A DNA stretch of 64,000 nt from Marsupella aquatica (lineage: Eukaryota > Plantae > Marchantiophyta). A program made the translations under genes and the position numbers. The number at the start of each line of letters is the position of its first letter. Position 1 is the first letter of the stretch. Shown here in pieces: positions 25,101-38,930 of the stretch. The notes beneath the pieces were generated by a model. That model was given only the letters and a program-made list of their open reading frames with translations. It was not told the origin of the DNA and made no database searches. The stretch is from the NCBI GenBank assembly GCA_973895155.1, contig OZ316891.1, forward strand, positions 11,530,771-11,594,770, read 5' to 3'.

Positions 25101-26872
25101 TGTTCGAACGGTGGGCCGGAGTCCAGAGTCCAGAGCCAAGACTGGTCTTCTGCACCATTAATCCTGAATCTCGACCTGACCAGAGTCAGAAAACTCAACC
25201 CCACGTGCAGACCCCCCATTGGATCAGCTCCAACAAACGGATCCAATGACCTCCCTTCAAAATTCGGATATTTGTTTTTGGAAGTAAAATCTAGTGTTGT
25301 TTTCTGTTTTTTTTTTCCAGTCACGGAACTGTATTGTAATTTTGGGAGTCCCATCAAAATTTACTCACGACACTAAATTTGAGAGCTATGAAAGTGACAG
25401 GGATAAAAAACTCGCAGCCCGTAGAAGGTAAACCTTTCGTATTTCATGAGTGGTGGGTGTTTTCAAAATAACCTGGAAAAGTTTTTAATGCAACTTCTCA
25501 TTTCAGGAAAACTTTATGCATGATTTTCTCCTTTCATGTGACCTTTGGTTTGAAAAACATACACCACTCATGCATGGTTAGGCAGTTGGAAAAGCTGCAC
25601 GGAAAACATGACAAACTTTGTGAATAGGTTTATACAGAAAAAATATAACTGGATTACATCCTTATAACCTTTAGGTGACCTCCCCAACATCCCCTTTGAG
25701 ATAGAATGCAAGGAAAGTTTACCAGAAGGAAAGCTTAGACATAGGCTGCTTCTTCCAGATGAAAGGTTTGCTGGCAATAGTGATGTAGAAAGTGAGAAGA
25801 GCCAAAGAAAGGGGTAGTTGTAGCTTGCAAGCAAACAGGAAAAACATTCCTCACATCACCATACTTTTCTCTCATAGGAGGAAAAAATAAAATATACAGC
25901 TTGCATCACACAATACCTCTTAAAGAAAGAGGTCCTGCAGTCAGAATGCCAGATTTAGATACTATAACCAGGTTGGATTCCAATCATGGAGCTATGCATA
26001 CAGCATTTTTTCAGAGGGAATTTGGGGAATAGAAGGAACCCTGACTATGCACAATTCAATTCATTTGCAAGAACCTGTGTTCCCGCCTTGATTTGCCACA
26101 TTCAATAGGTTACTACAAGATATCCCTGAAAAATCCAGCATAGGCTCCTAATTAGTGTTACTCACACTAACTTGAGATAAGAGATTCTTGGGCTTGACTC
26201 ATGAATTAGTGTTACTCCCACTAATTCTCTGAGTGGAATGAGTTGCATTGGTCTCAAGAGTGGAAAAATAGTGAAAAAAACTATATTGAAAAATAGACAA
26301 GACTTCGTGTTAATTTGGATTTTTGACTTGATTCAGGATCAGCCATATACTAACCCTGTCAGCAGAAGTAGGAAAAAACTATCGTGGGAAATGAGAACAA
26401 GTGTTACTTTGGACTCAAGATCATGCTCACCAAAATTAAACACTAATTATAGTGAATACTGTAGCACCTTAGGGTGGCCTCACCAGATGTCTGGGCCCAG
26501 TGTACTCTTTTTAATATTCTCTCTGAAACTAAATTTGGACTACATAACAAGTGGCCATGGTTACAGTTGGCTTTACAAGGACCGGGGTCCATTAAAATAT
26601 GGTGTTCATAAATCCTACATGGCAAAGAGTGGACCCCATAAATGCTAATGTGGTGTGCTTATTTTGACTAGAATGTTAGACCACCTTGAGAGGCAATCCA
26701 TACATTTGCGAACTTGGGCTCCCTCAAAGCATTTGGGTGATTAACCACGAAAGCCAATCTCGAGGGTAATTAATGTTAATCCGCATTGATTACCCTGTAC
26801 GTGCTGCCTGCTTGTGCTGGACCTACAGTAATTTAAGATTAAATACCTGGCATGAATACATATTGACATGAA

Positions 26873-26950
26873 TTGGAGTAAAGCTCACTGGTAGCACAAC
26901 TCAATTGGGGAGTGGGAGGTGCCAGATTTGAAGCCTACTGTCAACAAAAA
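26873..26950 (+). other. Possible degenerate tRNA-derived SINE head
   Basis: A-box-like AAGCTCACTGGTAG and B-box-like GATTTGAAGCC at tRNA-like spacing, followed by an A-rich stretch; no intact cloverleaf. Confidence 0.3.
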
Positions 26951-27040
26951 TGCTTTTTAACATTCACCTCACCCAAAAAGTGAGTATCATTCGCGCTAAG
27001 TAAAATTTGAAAAAATTGTGAGGGGACAGGCAGTAGGTGC

Positions 27041-27154
27041 GGGCAGGTGTACCACCCTCGAGAATGCCTTTCGACTTTCGTAGTGAATTTTGATGTGGGC
27101 AGGTGTACCACCCTCGAGAATGCCTTTCGACTTTCGTAGTGAATTTTGATGTGG
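27041..27154. repeat. Perfect 56-bp tandem duplication
   Basis: GGGCAGGTGTACCACCCTCGAGAATGCC...GATGT repeated at 27041 and 27097. Confidence 0.92.
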
Positions 27155-28344
27155 CTTTTCAGTTTGCTTTAATGCAAAAAAAGTCATAGATGCCTTTGGT
27201 CTTGTAATAAAGCCACCCTGAAGTACTTCCCACCCGAAGTGCCCAGCCGCCAAGATACCCCTAAATAATGGTTTTGTCATGAAGAGTTACACTTTCACTC
27301 CATTTCGCACCCAGAATTGACGCCGGCAGAATTGCCCCCCAACCTCGCACCCTCCCTTTTGTGGCTTTCAGTGGGAGGGGCCGGGTTCCAGATACAGTAA
27401 CTGTCACGGTGGAGGGGCTGGGTTCCAGATAACTGTCTCAACTATACCGTGGTTGGTGCTGTGGCACTGTATAGTGCGCTGCAGTATTGTTCCTTTGGTC
27501 GGAAACCAGGCTCGCAGGAGGGGGGACAATTGTCAGCAACTTTGAGGGTGCCAGAGGTCGATGAGTCATCGTCGCAAGGGCCTCTCTGTTGCGGCGCGTG
27601 TGTGGCCTCGCTACTGAAAGGGTGGGGGCCTGGCCTCGTGACGCCAATCCCCCTGGCCCTCTCGTTTGCTGGTCTTCTTCAAGTCGCTCGTGAACTGGGG
27701 GTCGTCCTGGTCGTATGTGAGGAGGACCACTCGGCCCCACTGGACTTGGCGACGGTGGGGGGCTGGGGGCCAAGGCCGAGGCCCGTGGTCGACGGCTGGC
27801 ATGATTGTGCCGTCCACGTATTGGAGATGCCGTTGGCTCATTCTGCCGTTCCTCCGTCGTTGGCTCATTCCATGCGCCCTCGATCAAACGTCGTTTGTTT
27901 GTTGCGATTTCTACTGTAAAGAGAGGAATGAAAGGAATGACCGAATGAGCGGAAGGGATGAATGAGGGTTTAGAATTGATGGTGTTTTTTAAATTCCGAC
28001 AAGACCTACGAGGATGTTGGATGGCGGTGTTGCGGTGCTTGATGCTGCTGCTGGAGCAGTAGAGTACTGGAGTGGATGTAGTAGGAGGCAGGACGGTATC
28101 GTCGTTGGTGGTGGCGTTCTTGAATTCCGCGCTGGACGACAGGACGACATCCAGCATTGGGTTGTATGGGCAGAGACAGCTGGCAGCAGGAGCTTGTGAG
28201 AGAGGTACGATGGGGTGGAGGAGGAGGACATGAGTGTGAAGGGAGAAGGCGGGGAACGGAGAAGAAGTATTAGAGAGAGGTGCTGTGAGAGCAGGAGAAG
28301 GACAAGGATTTCTCTTTTTGAGACCATAATTATTTTCCTCCCGC

Positions 28345-28450
28345 TGGTCTTGCTCGGGAAACCTGTAAGGAGGACGGGGATCGGTTCCAACGTGCGTGGT
28401 CTTGCTCGGGAAACCTGTAAGGAGGACAGGGATCGGTTCCAACGTGCGTG
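28345..28450. repeat. 52-bp tandem duplication (1 mismatch) upstream of SPX-MFS
   Basis: TGGTCTTGCTCGGGAAACCTGTAAGGAGGAC(G/A)GGGATCGGTTCCAACGTGCG at 28345 and 28397. Confidence 0.92.
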
Positions 28451-29549
28451 TGCAGTGTTTGGAGTGATTATTTTTGGTTGTATCCTATCTTCCGCGAGTC
28501 TGGCTGTCCATCTGCCTGCGTGCTTGCTTGTGTGCCCGGCCGGCGGACTGCTCGATTATTATCGTCCTCCTCTGCCTCGTTGACTGGACTCACCTGGACA
28601 CCCTGTCCTCCGGGTGTCTCAATACTTCCTCATTTGGCTCCGACGGATTTTGTAGTTCCGTGCCACCTTTCGCTGCCGGGTGAAGCTGGTACTGCATCTA
28701 CTCTTTTCAGTCGCTAGATAGCGTGACAGCTCTTGAAGATCATAAGGAACCTCCTCTGCCTGACGCGGGCCTCGTTTCTCAAATTCATCAGTGCTTCACT
28801 TATCGTCGCCGCCGATCTCCATTTTGTAGAAGAGGGTGTATCGACTGACTAGGTGAGAGGCAAATTAACTCCCGGCTGAATGAGCTTGGAATTGCATCGA
28901 GATACTTATGCACGGTTCCAAATTTTGACGTGAAGTTTCTAATTCCCCGCTCAGTGAAGGTGGAAGGAGAGCAGGCTGGATGTGGGTTAAAGAGAGACTC
29001 GAGCCGTTCCTACTTTTCGGCGAAGCATTCGTGTGCGCTCAGTAAAGTGGAGGAGTTGCGAGAAGGTCGATCTTTGTTGCTAGTTGCAGCAGTCCCTTGA
29101 TATGCGACCTGTAAGGCGTTGACATTTCGTACAGTCGCTTGTCGACTGCACGTTGATTCGGTGAGTCAGCCATTTGTTGATCCACTCACTGAATCGCATC
29201 CCTCGACTGGATTGCCTTCCCCTTTGTATGGGTTGGAGAAGACATTGGACACCATGAATGACTATGCACAATGAATTGCACCGGGCTGGTGTGGACAAGA
29301 GATGACAACACAAAGCAGCAGATGGTCTCTGCGTTCTCTCACTGAAGATGCGGATGAAGATGTCCACCGAGATCATGGCATTTGCGGATTTCATAGCTAT
29401 CAACGATTTTACTTTCTCTCGATGTCTTATAATTGGAGTTGTCTGTAATGGACTTCGCTTGTCGTTGTGTGATTCGCACATACTGTTACGGTGGTACCTT
29501 TCGCGCTTTGCTAATGTGACTACATCTTTGGTACCCGCGCAGTTCCACA

Positions 29550-32500
29550 ATGGTGGGATTCGGGAAGAAATTAAGGGAGCGGCAAAATCCAGCATGGGAA
29601 CAGTGAGCTCATACCCTTCCTAAAATTTTCGTGTGTTGTTAAAACTTGTAAATGACTGTACCTCAACAAAGCATTTTGTTTCTCAAAGCTCTTTGTCCGC
29701 TAGACCACCTGCCGTCAAATTAATGTGTAGCAAGGCTCTGCACAGAATCAGTTGCCACGTGTGCAAATGTTAGTTGTAGCCTTTGTCTAGGCTGCTGTTG
29801 TCGTGTTTTCTTGAGCAAACATTCATTGAAGGTGTCTGGGAAGTCCGGATTCTAAGTGCAGTCTCAGTTTCTCGCATCTGGCCAGTCATTAAAGCCATTC
29901 GTAAACGTTGACGAAGATCCCCATATCGTGGAAAACGCGACGCAAATAGTCAACAAAGGACTGAGGAAAATGTTCGTGTCCTAGTTATTTCGTTCTAAAC
30001 TTTGCATTCTCGAGAAAAGTTATGAAGAGTTTGTCAGGGAGAAGCATTCTCGATTTCTCGTCATGAACTTTACTATCAGGAATTGTCTCGTCTCTGTTAG
30101 GTGGGAACCAGGTATTACACAGGAGCTTTTTGGATTAGTTTGCTATTTTGTGTCATGGATACTTTTGGTCGTGGTGCACAATTACCTCTACATTTGCTGC
30201 CAGTCCAAACCCCACAGCACCTTCATGCACGTATCCGTCCATGTACAGTTAACTGTCTTTGCAAGAGGGCGCCTCTTGAACCGTGCTATTTCTCTCGTAC
30301 TCCTGTTCCTGCTGTGCTTGTTGTGACGTAACAATCGATTGGCTTCAGCGCATTAGTACATCTCGGCAGGTACTAGCATGCCGTCATGTTACTTTTTGAG
30401 AACATAGGACTTCATCAGAAATGCAGACTGCACGCTTGATACTAAATTGATGAAATGTCCGATTTGCAGGTACTACATTTCCTATAAGATAATGAAGAAG
30501 AATGTGAAGCGATATGGCGAGCAACTGGACCGGAACAACGACCAACGTCAGCGTATTCTCAAGGAATTTTCAGTGATGCTGGATCGCCAGGTAATACTTT
30601 ATGCTCGCAACTCCATATCTCAATTTTGGTGGTAACACGTAGTAAGGAATTCCCGCTAGCTTAGTTGCCTATGATTTTTGGTGGCCTTTTCTGTAACAAA
30701 ATTGAGCCCAGCTTTTGAGTGTGACTTGTTTAGTTTACTGGTTAATGTCTTTTTGAGTTCATCTGTAGGACGAGAGTTTGCCTTCTCCTTATCACTCTAC
30801 GACTGGCGGTTTATCGCGCTGATTATCATTTGTCTGACCAACAGGTTGAAAAGACGGTGTTATTCTTACTGGAAAGGCAAGGGCATCTTGCTCACCGCCT
30901 CGCTGAGTTGGGGACTAAGAGGCTTGAGCTTGCAGAAGCGGAAGATTGGGATGGGTCGGCGGATCTCCCTAATGCTTATCGTGCAGTAGGCAAGGACCTT
31001 CTGAAATTGCTGCATTTTGTGGAAATCAATGCAACAGGGTTAAGGAAAATTCTGAAGAAGTTTGACAAACGCATAGGATACAGGCTCACAGATGAATATG
31101 TAGCTTCCCGCTCCAATCATCCTTACTCGCAATTGCAGCAGGTCTTCAGACATGTGGTGAGTTCTAGCAGTCTCTATGTCATCATGGGAGCGTCCCTCTC
31201 TCTTCGGCGTTAGCGGAACAAGGGAATTTACTGAAGGAGAGAACATCTTGAGATTGATCTTTTCAGATTTTCCAATTCTGTCGGGGAGACCTGTTTTGTA
31301 GAGCGATTCCATAGAGGCGCTGGGATAGGTCAGATTTCCTTCGCTACTCTGTCGTCACTCCATAGTCCATAGTTTCCTCATCAAAGGCAGTGAGTTGAGG
31401 CCACCCATATCCCTGGTGAGCTACGTAAATTAGCACCTCTTGACGACAATTTGTGAAGTTTAGAATCTTCTTCATTGTCAATTGAGCTATGGACGGCAAA
31501 TATGTCGACGGGGGTTTGTGACGAACTGGGAGTTAATGTCATTTTGCTTAATGACAGGGCATTGGAGCGATGGTGGGTACAATGAGCCGTAACCTAGCAG
31601 AGCTGCAAAGCACCAAAAGTTCCCTCTCCATATATGAAATCCCTTCAACTCAAACCTCATACCTTCAGGTAAACTTATTTTCTGTTTACGCAGTGCATAC
31701 CTTCATGAGCCGGAATATCGTTTTACCTTTAAATTTTACTTTCTTCTTTTTGACCATGGTTGTTTCGCGTACGGGTCCTAATCCATATTGGGCCCGTCAA
31801 GTTCGCGTCGGGACCTCACGCGATAGCATGGAGAAGAACTCAAGCATGTAGATGTCTTCGAGATTTCTTAGAATGACAGGTCTCATACCTTGCATAGTAT
31901 CTCCATCTTTCCCCGAGCCTTCGTTGCTCTGCAAACTGATGACCAGAAACGACTAAGTTGGTTATGATCTTTATCATTTCAGCTAACTTGGTCAATGTTT
32001 ACAGGAACCGGTTATCGATGCAATCAAAGCCGCAGAAGAAAGACTCACAAATTCTACGAGCTTTTTAAGCTTCTTAGGCAACCATGCATTTATATTGCCG
32101 GAGGATCTTCCGAGGAGTACTTCAGACGATGATTTCACGCGTTTCGAAGAGCAGTACGAGTTCATGTCTTTGGGTCTCAACCTAGCTAACACATTTTTGT
32201 ACATGGTAAGGCTATCTGTTTAGTGCTGGGTACAGATTGAACTAGTCAGAAATGTTCTCAAACGCAACTTGCTGCACCAAGCTTACGACGCTGAATAAAT
32301 GTCAAATCCTACTTCACTGGAGTTACATCACATGATGTCACATCAACGACGGCTCTGGTCGATAAATACAAATATTTCAATTAGTAGAATTCCTAGGAGT
32401 TGAGACGGGCATCTTGTTTTGTGAAAGTTAATCGTAAGGCAACACTGGAATTCATCGGGTAATTTACGTTGATCACTGTGAAAGGCGTTATATCCTGGTT

Positions 32501-35424
32501 TGTATTTACCGATGCTCGGCCGAATCTCTGGGCTCATTATGATACCTACAAGCCTTAATATATAATGGACCAGCAAGTCATCCTTTCACGCCCCGATTGC
32601 GAAGAGTTTCGAACTGGGCGAGGAATTTCTTGCTGGAGATGACGTGATAACGGTGTTGGAGTATCACTGAAAGAAAAGTGTCATGTTGGTTTTTTCTATT
32701 TTCTCGTCCGGGACGACTTTCTTGATTTTTCATGTTTCAATGTTCTCTGATACATCGTTGAAACAGGTGAATACTTACATCATAGTACCAACTGCGGATA
32801 AGTATGCGTTCAGTCTTGATGTTGCGCCAACGGTATGTGGTGTGATTATTGGGTCAATGGCAGTAGCGCAGCTGGTATCTTCTGTCTACTTCAGTGCTTG
32901 GTCGAACAAGTCATATTTCAAGCCTCTGATATTCAGCAGCATCATGCTGCTTCTCGGAAATGTATGCTATGCTATAGCTTACGACTTCCGATCTATAGCT
33001 CTGCTGCTTGTTGGACGACTTCTTTGCGGGTAATGTTCTGGAGCTCTGTCCATGATCACTTTCAATCATTTAATCATTTGTGTCCGTGATACAGAGTTGC
33101 TCCCTGTGATAAGACGCCTCAATGAATATTGATGGAAATAACATCTACTAGAAATAAGTATGAAGAATACCAACATATGATCGTCTTGATTGGAATTTGT
33201 ATTCTCATCATAACACATAGAGGATCTTGTTCAGAAGGACTTCTGCTTGCTGTTAGTCCTATGCCCGAATAGGTTCTCATGTAACTGCGATTTTGTTAAC
33301 AAATGTGCAAATCTTGTCCGGTCTGTCCAGTGTGACCTTCGTCTCAAGCATTTGATTGATCCTCACAGGTTTGGTTCAGCACGAGCAGTGAATCGCCGTT
33401 ACATTAGTGACTGTGTACCTGTGAAGATGAGGCTGAAAGCATCTGCAGCCTTCGTTAGCGCGAGTGCTCTTGGAATGGCTTCTGGACCTGCGCTTGCTGG
33501 GCTACTGACATTCAACAGAAGATTCATGGGTCTTACCTTTAATAGTAACACTCTTCCAGGATGGGTAATGGTAATCGGTTGGTTCGTGTATCTTGTCTTC
33601 TTACTGATTGGCTTCAAGGAGCCTTCACATCTTCAACCACTATCAAGATCCACCTCATCAAAGAAGAAAAAATCAGTTGAAGGTACGCCCGGCGTGGAAT
33701 TTTACCGCCGTAGCCTTTCACACCTTCATATTTTGTACTTAAAATGCCTACTATTGTCACTGCCGGCAAGAGATGAAAGGAACTCTTGAATTGTGCAGGC
33801 ACCTTGAGTAGATCTAGGTCTTCTGTCCAAGCGGAACAAGGCATTTTGGACCCGCTCTTACCGACCAGTAACACAACCATAAGCAAAGATTCGGAAAGTG
33901 ATGATGAGACGGAGTCTAGCGAGCCTGCATCCTCCATTGGGGAAGCATACAGACTTTTGACTGTTCCAGTGAAGGTACAGCTCATTTCTTGAGTGGTATT
34001 TTTGAACGATTATATACGTCACAGGTCCTTAGAATTTGTGGCTGGTCACACCGATTGATACTCGGTTGACTCCCGGAGCCACTGAATATGTAACTTTCTA
34101 GTGTTGCGTTAGCCTTGCTGATGAAAACTTTGCATGCATTCTGGACATCTTCCTGGAGTTGAGTATCACAGATCTTGGAAAATTCCCTAATGGAGGTGGT
34201 ATGTATGTTGCAGGTGCAATTACTCATATACTTCATGCTGAAGTTCGCCATGGAGGTTTTATTGTCGGCGTCTAGTGTCGTGACAGCACATTATTTTGGC
34301 TGGGGCGCTCAGTCTGTCGCAGTTTTTTTAGCTCTTCTCGGGTTGACTGTGTTGCCAATCAACTATGTTGTCGGAAGCTACTTCAGCAACTCTTATGAAG
34401 ACAGGTTTGTTCAGAAATGATGTCAATTTTCCTTGGTGCTTGAGCTTGTTCAAACCCATAGACGTACCACCCTAATGCCATTACAATGGCATCTGCTTTC
34501 TCATAGTGTCACTTCATAAATTTGGTTGGAGTGCTAAGAACAAGGGCCTCGGAGAGATGGATTTTAACTTCACACGGGTTATGATACAACGGTCTGAACT
34601 GATGTAGCTAAGATTTTTATCTTTTTCTAGTCAAAGAAACTGATCCATTACTTGGAAGATGATGCGTAGGTTACGTGATATGTGAATATATGCCTGCACG
34701 GAGAATGCGTTATGACTCGGGTCTCCGAGTTCTGTGATGATGTCTCTTTTAAGAAACTTGAGCGTCTTGTTATGCAGGCAAATACTACTTTTCTCGGAGA
34801 TACTCACTTGCGTTGGTGTAGTAGTTAGCTTTGCTTATTACAAAGTTCCATTCACCGTCCCACAGTATGTTACTGGGGCGCTCCTCATATTTGTTTCTGC
34901 CGAGGTTCTTGAAGGTATGTAGGAAATTTATGCCACCTAATTTCGTACTGCTTTCACTCATCTTGAGCTATCTTTAAGTAGGATATATGCATCTTTAAGT
35001 ATTTCGAAGCATGTTTAGGGATTGAGTTACATATTAACGGATAAGCAATCCAATACGTTTAAAGCAAGTAAGTCCTGTGTAAAGCATCAGTACAAGCGTA
35101 GCTATATGATGGCGTCCCGGCAATATACTTTTTTTTTATAAAATCAGCAATAACGGGACCATGCGATGACAAATTGTGTCTGTAGGTGTAAACCTGGCGC
35201 TTCTGTCCAAGGTGATGTCATCGCGGTTGGCGAGAGGTACTTTCAATGGGGGATTGCTATCAACTGAAGCTGGAACTCTTGCGCGAGTGTTGGCTGATGT
35301 GTGCATCACTTTGGCTGGATACTCGGGTGATAACCTGCTCATGAATCTCACCATGGTACCAACACTTGTCGTTGGAATTGTTTCAATTGTGGCTACCATA
35401 GCCACGTATAACTCATTATTTTAG
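29550..35424 (+). CDS. SPX-MFS vacuolar phosphate transporter (PHT5/VPT family); 11 coding exons: 29550-29602, 30470-30590, 30845-31156, 31558-31668, 32005-32205, 32767-33029, 33369-33682, 33799-33974, 34214-34404, 34778-34914, 35186-35424
   Basis: SPX N-terminus [28 protein letters not shown] and [16 protein letters not shown]; MFS motifs [56 protein letters not shown]. All junctions GT-AG and in frame. Probable 5'UTR intron ~28853-29542. Confidence 0.95.
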
Positions 35425-35632
35425 AGTGATTTCTCACCGTTGAGAATGTTATAGCAATCTTAGAAATGTAGTGTGACTACCAGTTCTACGGAAGGCTCTC
35501 CTGTCCCCCAGTATGTGAGAGGGCTCGTTTGAAGCGTCGAGCTGCATGCAGCAATGCAGCTGGAGTATGAAGTGCTGCTGCTTGTACTATGGTCCTTTGT
35601 AGGTATGTTCTTCCACGAGAATGTTGCTTTCG

Positions 35633-35634
<2 letters not shown>

Positions 35635-35668
<34 letters not shown>
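35635..35668. repeat. (GA)n microsatellite in the SPX-MFS 3' region
   Basis: About 17 GA units. Confidence 0.95.
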
Positions 35669-35671
<3 letters not shown>

Positions 35672-35844
35672 CTTTAAATTGTGCATGTATAATTTAGATG
35701 GTGGAAAGTCCATCAATGAATATAGTCATTCGTCCATATATTGATTTATTCATTCAAACTATGCTCACTGGATTGGATAGTGCATTTGAATAAAATTGGT
35801 TGAACTACTGCCCACCACAAGCACTTGCATTGTCATTGTGTAGA

Positions 35845-37911
35845 TCTACTTCTATAATATGCAATGCAGCCAAAAAACTCTTTGGTCTTCTTACAAATTC
35901 TGAAATGGAGGGAACAAACCTGGGCCGCCAGATGTTTTCAAATATTTTTTTGTACCCTTAGATTGATTGACCAGGTATGTCAAATGATATGCTCATTTTA
36001 ATAGTAAAATACAAAGCATAGGAGATGATACTGATCTGACATAGTATATGAGAAGATACTGACATAATATATGAGAAGATACTTATGTGACATCATCTTA
36101 AATGTGATTTTTTAAATTTTTTGTTCATATGTGATGTTTAAAAAAAAAAATTCAAGTATGAAAGTACACAAGAATGGAAGAAGAATCTTTTGGGGCATGA
36201 GAAATTTTTGGATTTTGGCAGAGCCTATGAGACTCTAGAAAGGGAAATGGGTTAATTTTCTCATTCTTTTCTGTATTTAGTTGTACATTTTTCTGTTTAT
36301 TTAATAGTGCCAATGTCAGAAAAAAAGAGTAATGGTGTTGCATAGGAGTGTAACAATAGGAAAAATGGGGAGAGAAAAAATTGAAATATTCCCGTCCCAA
36401 TAGTATCAAAGCACCTGGGACCATCATCTCTCTTGCACTTGCTCTCACCCTCCCACATCCTTGCTCTCCCCAACAATATAGTTTCCACAACAAAACATTT
36501 CTTCCAAAATAAAATAAAAATTCAAAAGCAAAGTCAATTGTTTTTACATGTTTTGATTAAATTTTTTGTTTTTTGTTTTGTGTTTTATAGAAAATCGTTT
36601 CCAAATTTGTTATTCCATCTATACTTCCAACATTCTCTTTGAAAATCTTTTCAAAAAAGGTATCTTTAATGAAGACCAAGAAGGTCAAACTCCCAACATC
36701 TTTTCTCCACAAGACATGTATTGCTTGACATGCCCCCTCATCTCTATTAGTCTCGCTTTTGCCCTAATTCTATCCCAAGTCGGGAGCCCAGCTCTTTGCC
36801 CCCATTTGCATCTTTTGTCCAGTCTTTAGTTCCATTTTTTGTATAAGTAACAATAAAGATTTCTTGCCCAACTCTTGCCCATGTACTCTCATTACCCATT
36901 TGCGCCTTATCCCATATTGTTGTGTTGACTTGAATTACATTATTGGTGTGTTGACTTGAATTACATTACTTGATTACATAATTTCATGTGCTATTTTGAA
37001 CAAGATCTCCGCATTGACAACACTTTTCACATGAAATGGGCAAGAAAGAATTATGGAAAATCCAATATTTTAGTTTGATCCACCTAAAAACCCCAGCTTT
37101 TAATCAACAGTTCTTTACCTTACCTCAATGTATCTATGCAATGCGTTGGCATCGCGCTTGGCAACAACATGGCTGCAAGACTAGCATAGCCACAACACCC
37201 TCGTGGCCAGAGTGACTGCATCGTCTTTGTCACCTAAGTGACTTTTTTTTTCTCTCTTTGACATCTTTTATCACTTGGACATCTTTTGCTTACCTTTGTA
37301 GTTTTCTCTCCTCAACATCTTTCATGCAATGCACTGGCATTGAGTTCTTGCTGGAAAACATGCACGGACCCTTACATCAATCCCACGGATTCCGTTGACA
37401 TATGACGAATCACTTCCTTTTTTATCACGTAGGGTCCAATTTCCCATTCGAGTGGCATATGCAATGACCATAAACAAAGCTCAAGGTCAGACATTAGAAC
37501 ATGTAGGGTTACACCTTTCAAAGCCTGTATTTAGTCACAGACAGTTGTATGTAGCATTTTCAAGGGCAACATCTCCTACAACTATCAAGGTTTTACTTTT
37601 GGATTCCGAGGAAGGTCATGCAAGGTTGACAAAAAATTTGTATATGAATGAGGTTCTTTATTTAATAGATGAATAAAGATTGTATCACTTTTGTATTATT
37701 AATCTGTTTGACTTTTTGCCTGAATTACATGTTTGCAATGCACAATCATGTTTGCCTCGCCTCAAAATCTTACCCTCACCTCGACATCTTGCCCTTGCCT
37801 CCAAATGTTACCCTCACCTCGACATCTTGCCCTCTCCTCAATATCTTGCCCTCTCCTCGATATCTTGCCCTCACTCAAAGTCTTTCGTGCAAGGCACGGG
37901 CATGGGGCTAG
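35845..37911 (+). mobile_element. Non-autonomous Helitron (~2.07 kb)
   Basis: 5' A|TCTACTTCTATAATA; 3' hairpin CGTGC-AAG-GCACG (37886-37898) then CTAG|T; no TSD; carries a Pif1 helicase C-terminal fragment and CTCGACATCTTGCCCT repeats. Confidence 0.82.
37395..37676 (+). pseudogene. Helitron RepHel Pif1-family helicase C-terminal fragment
   Basis: RRVQFPIRVAYAMTINKAQGQTLEHVGLHLSKPVFSHRQLYVAFSR matches Pif1 helicase motifs V-VI; upstream domains absent. Confidence 0.9.
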
Positions 37912-38930
37912 TTCTATATAGGAACGTTGGATTTAGGGCCAATGTAATGAACAATTAGACTAGGACTTATGACCGGTTACCCAGCTCAGACATTCCCTCT
38001 GTCCACCGATGATTAGGGCGCAGACTCTGTTCTATTTTATTTGATGTTTATTCAGGGAAACACCAAAAAACATCTTCAGGTAGTAACGATCGATTCAAAT
38101 ACCCTGGTGGGTGGAGGTTACTAGAGCTGTAAACAAGTGAAAAACAACGGAGATGTGGTGGTGAATTTTCATCAGCAGCACCATGAAGGTGAATACACTT
38201 ATTGAATCATTTTTACTTTGTGCGAGGAACTCCGGGATGTTTTGCTGCTGCTCAAAACATCCCATAATTATGATAATTACCAGAAAGCTTGGCTTCTACA
38301 TGTCATCAACTTCAGTCTCTCCACAGTGCATCAAACTTCTCTCATATGAGTGCAACGTGATAATCAAACCATCAAGATCTCATAGGCCAGCTGGGAGACC
38401 GGGTATTGTCGTACAATTCTCTGATGTAATCCACAACGAACACTCTGTTTAGCTCCAGAGGCAATAGAAGAATAAGTACTCACAGGAGCTCTGTTCTCCT
38501 GTGCTCTTTTCCTGGCATTCCCCTGAACTTCATTTTTTATAATTTTGTTTTCTCTAGCTCAATTGTGTTCTCCCATTCAAATGTAGGAAAACATCACAGG
38601 ATTCTCAACTTTTATACAGTGGGTGGGGTGACTGTGTAGCAGCTTCTTTAAGGTTGAATATACTTTAGAAGCGCAGATTAAAAGACTAATCATTTCCCTG
38701 GAAAACCGCCATCCCATTCAATGCACTTCAAGGCTAAGAAAGAAAATAGAACACAAAATACAAGGGACATACCCCTACAAAGACATTAAAAGAAAAATAA
38801 ATCACAAGAAAAGGTTGTAAGACAAAAACCTAAAGATGGGCTCCTTTGTTTCTAATTATTTTGATTTAAAATCAAAGACAGAGTGTAGGTTATTCCCAAT
38901 GACCATATTTGTCAAGGTGTCTTCTTGGCT

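Noticed and set aside
27438-28442. 334-aa minus-strand ORF and overlapping ORFs
   Set aside because: Low-complexity P/S/R-rich translation, no domain, non-ATG start inside the 52-bp duplication; expected in GC-rich leader DNA.
27900-29549. miR827 target site in the SPX-MFS leader, as known for many angiosperm SPX-MFS genes
   Set aside because: No convincing complement seen by eye; only TGTTTGTTG near 27895 matches partly.
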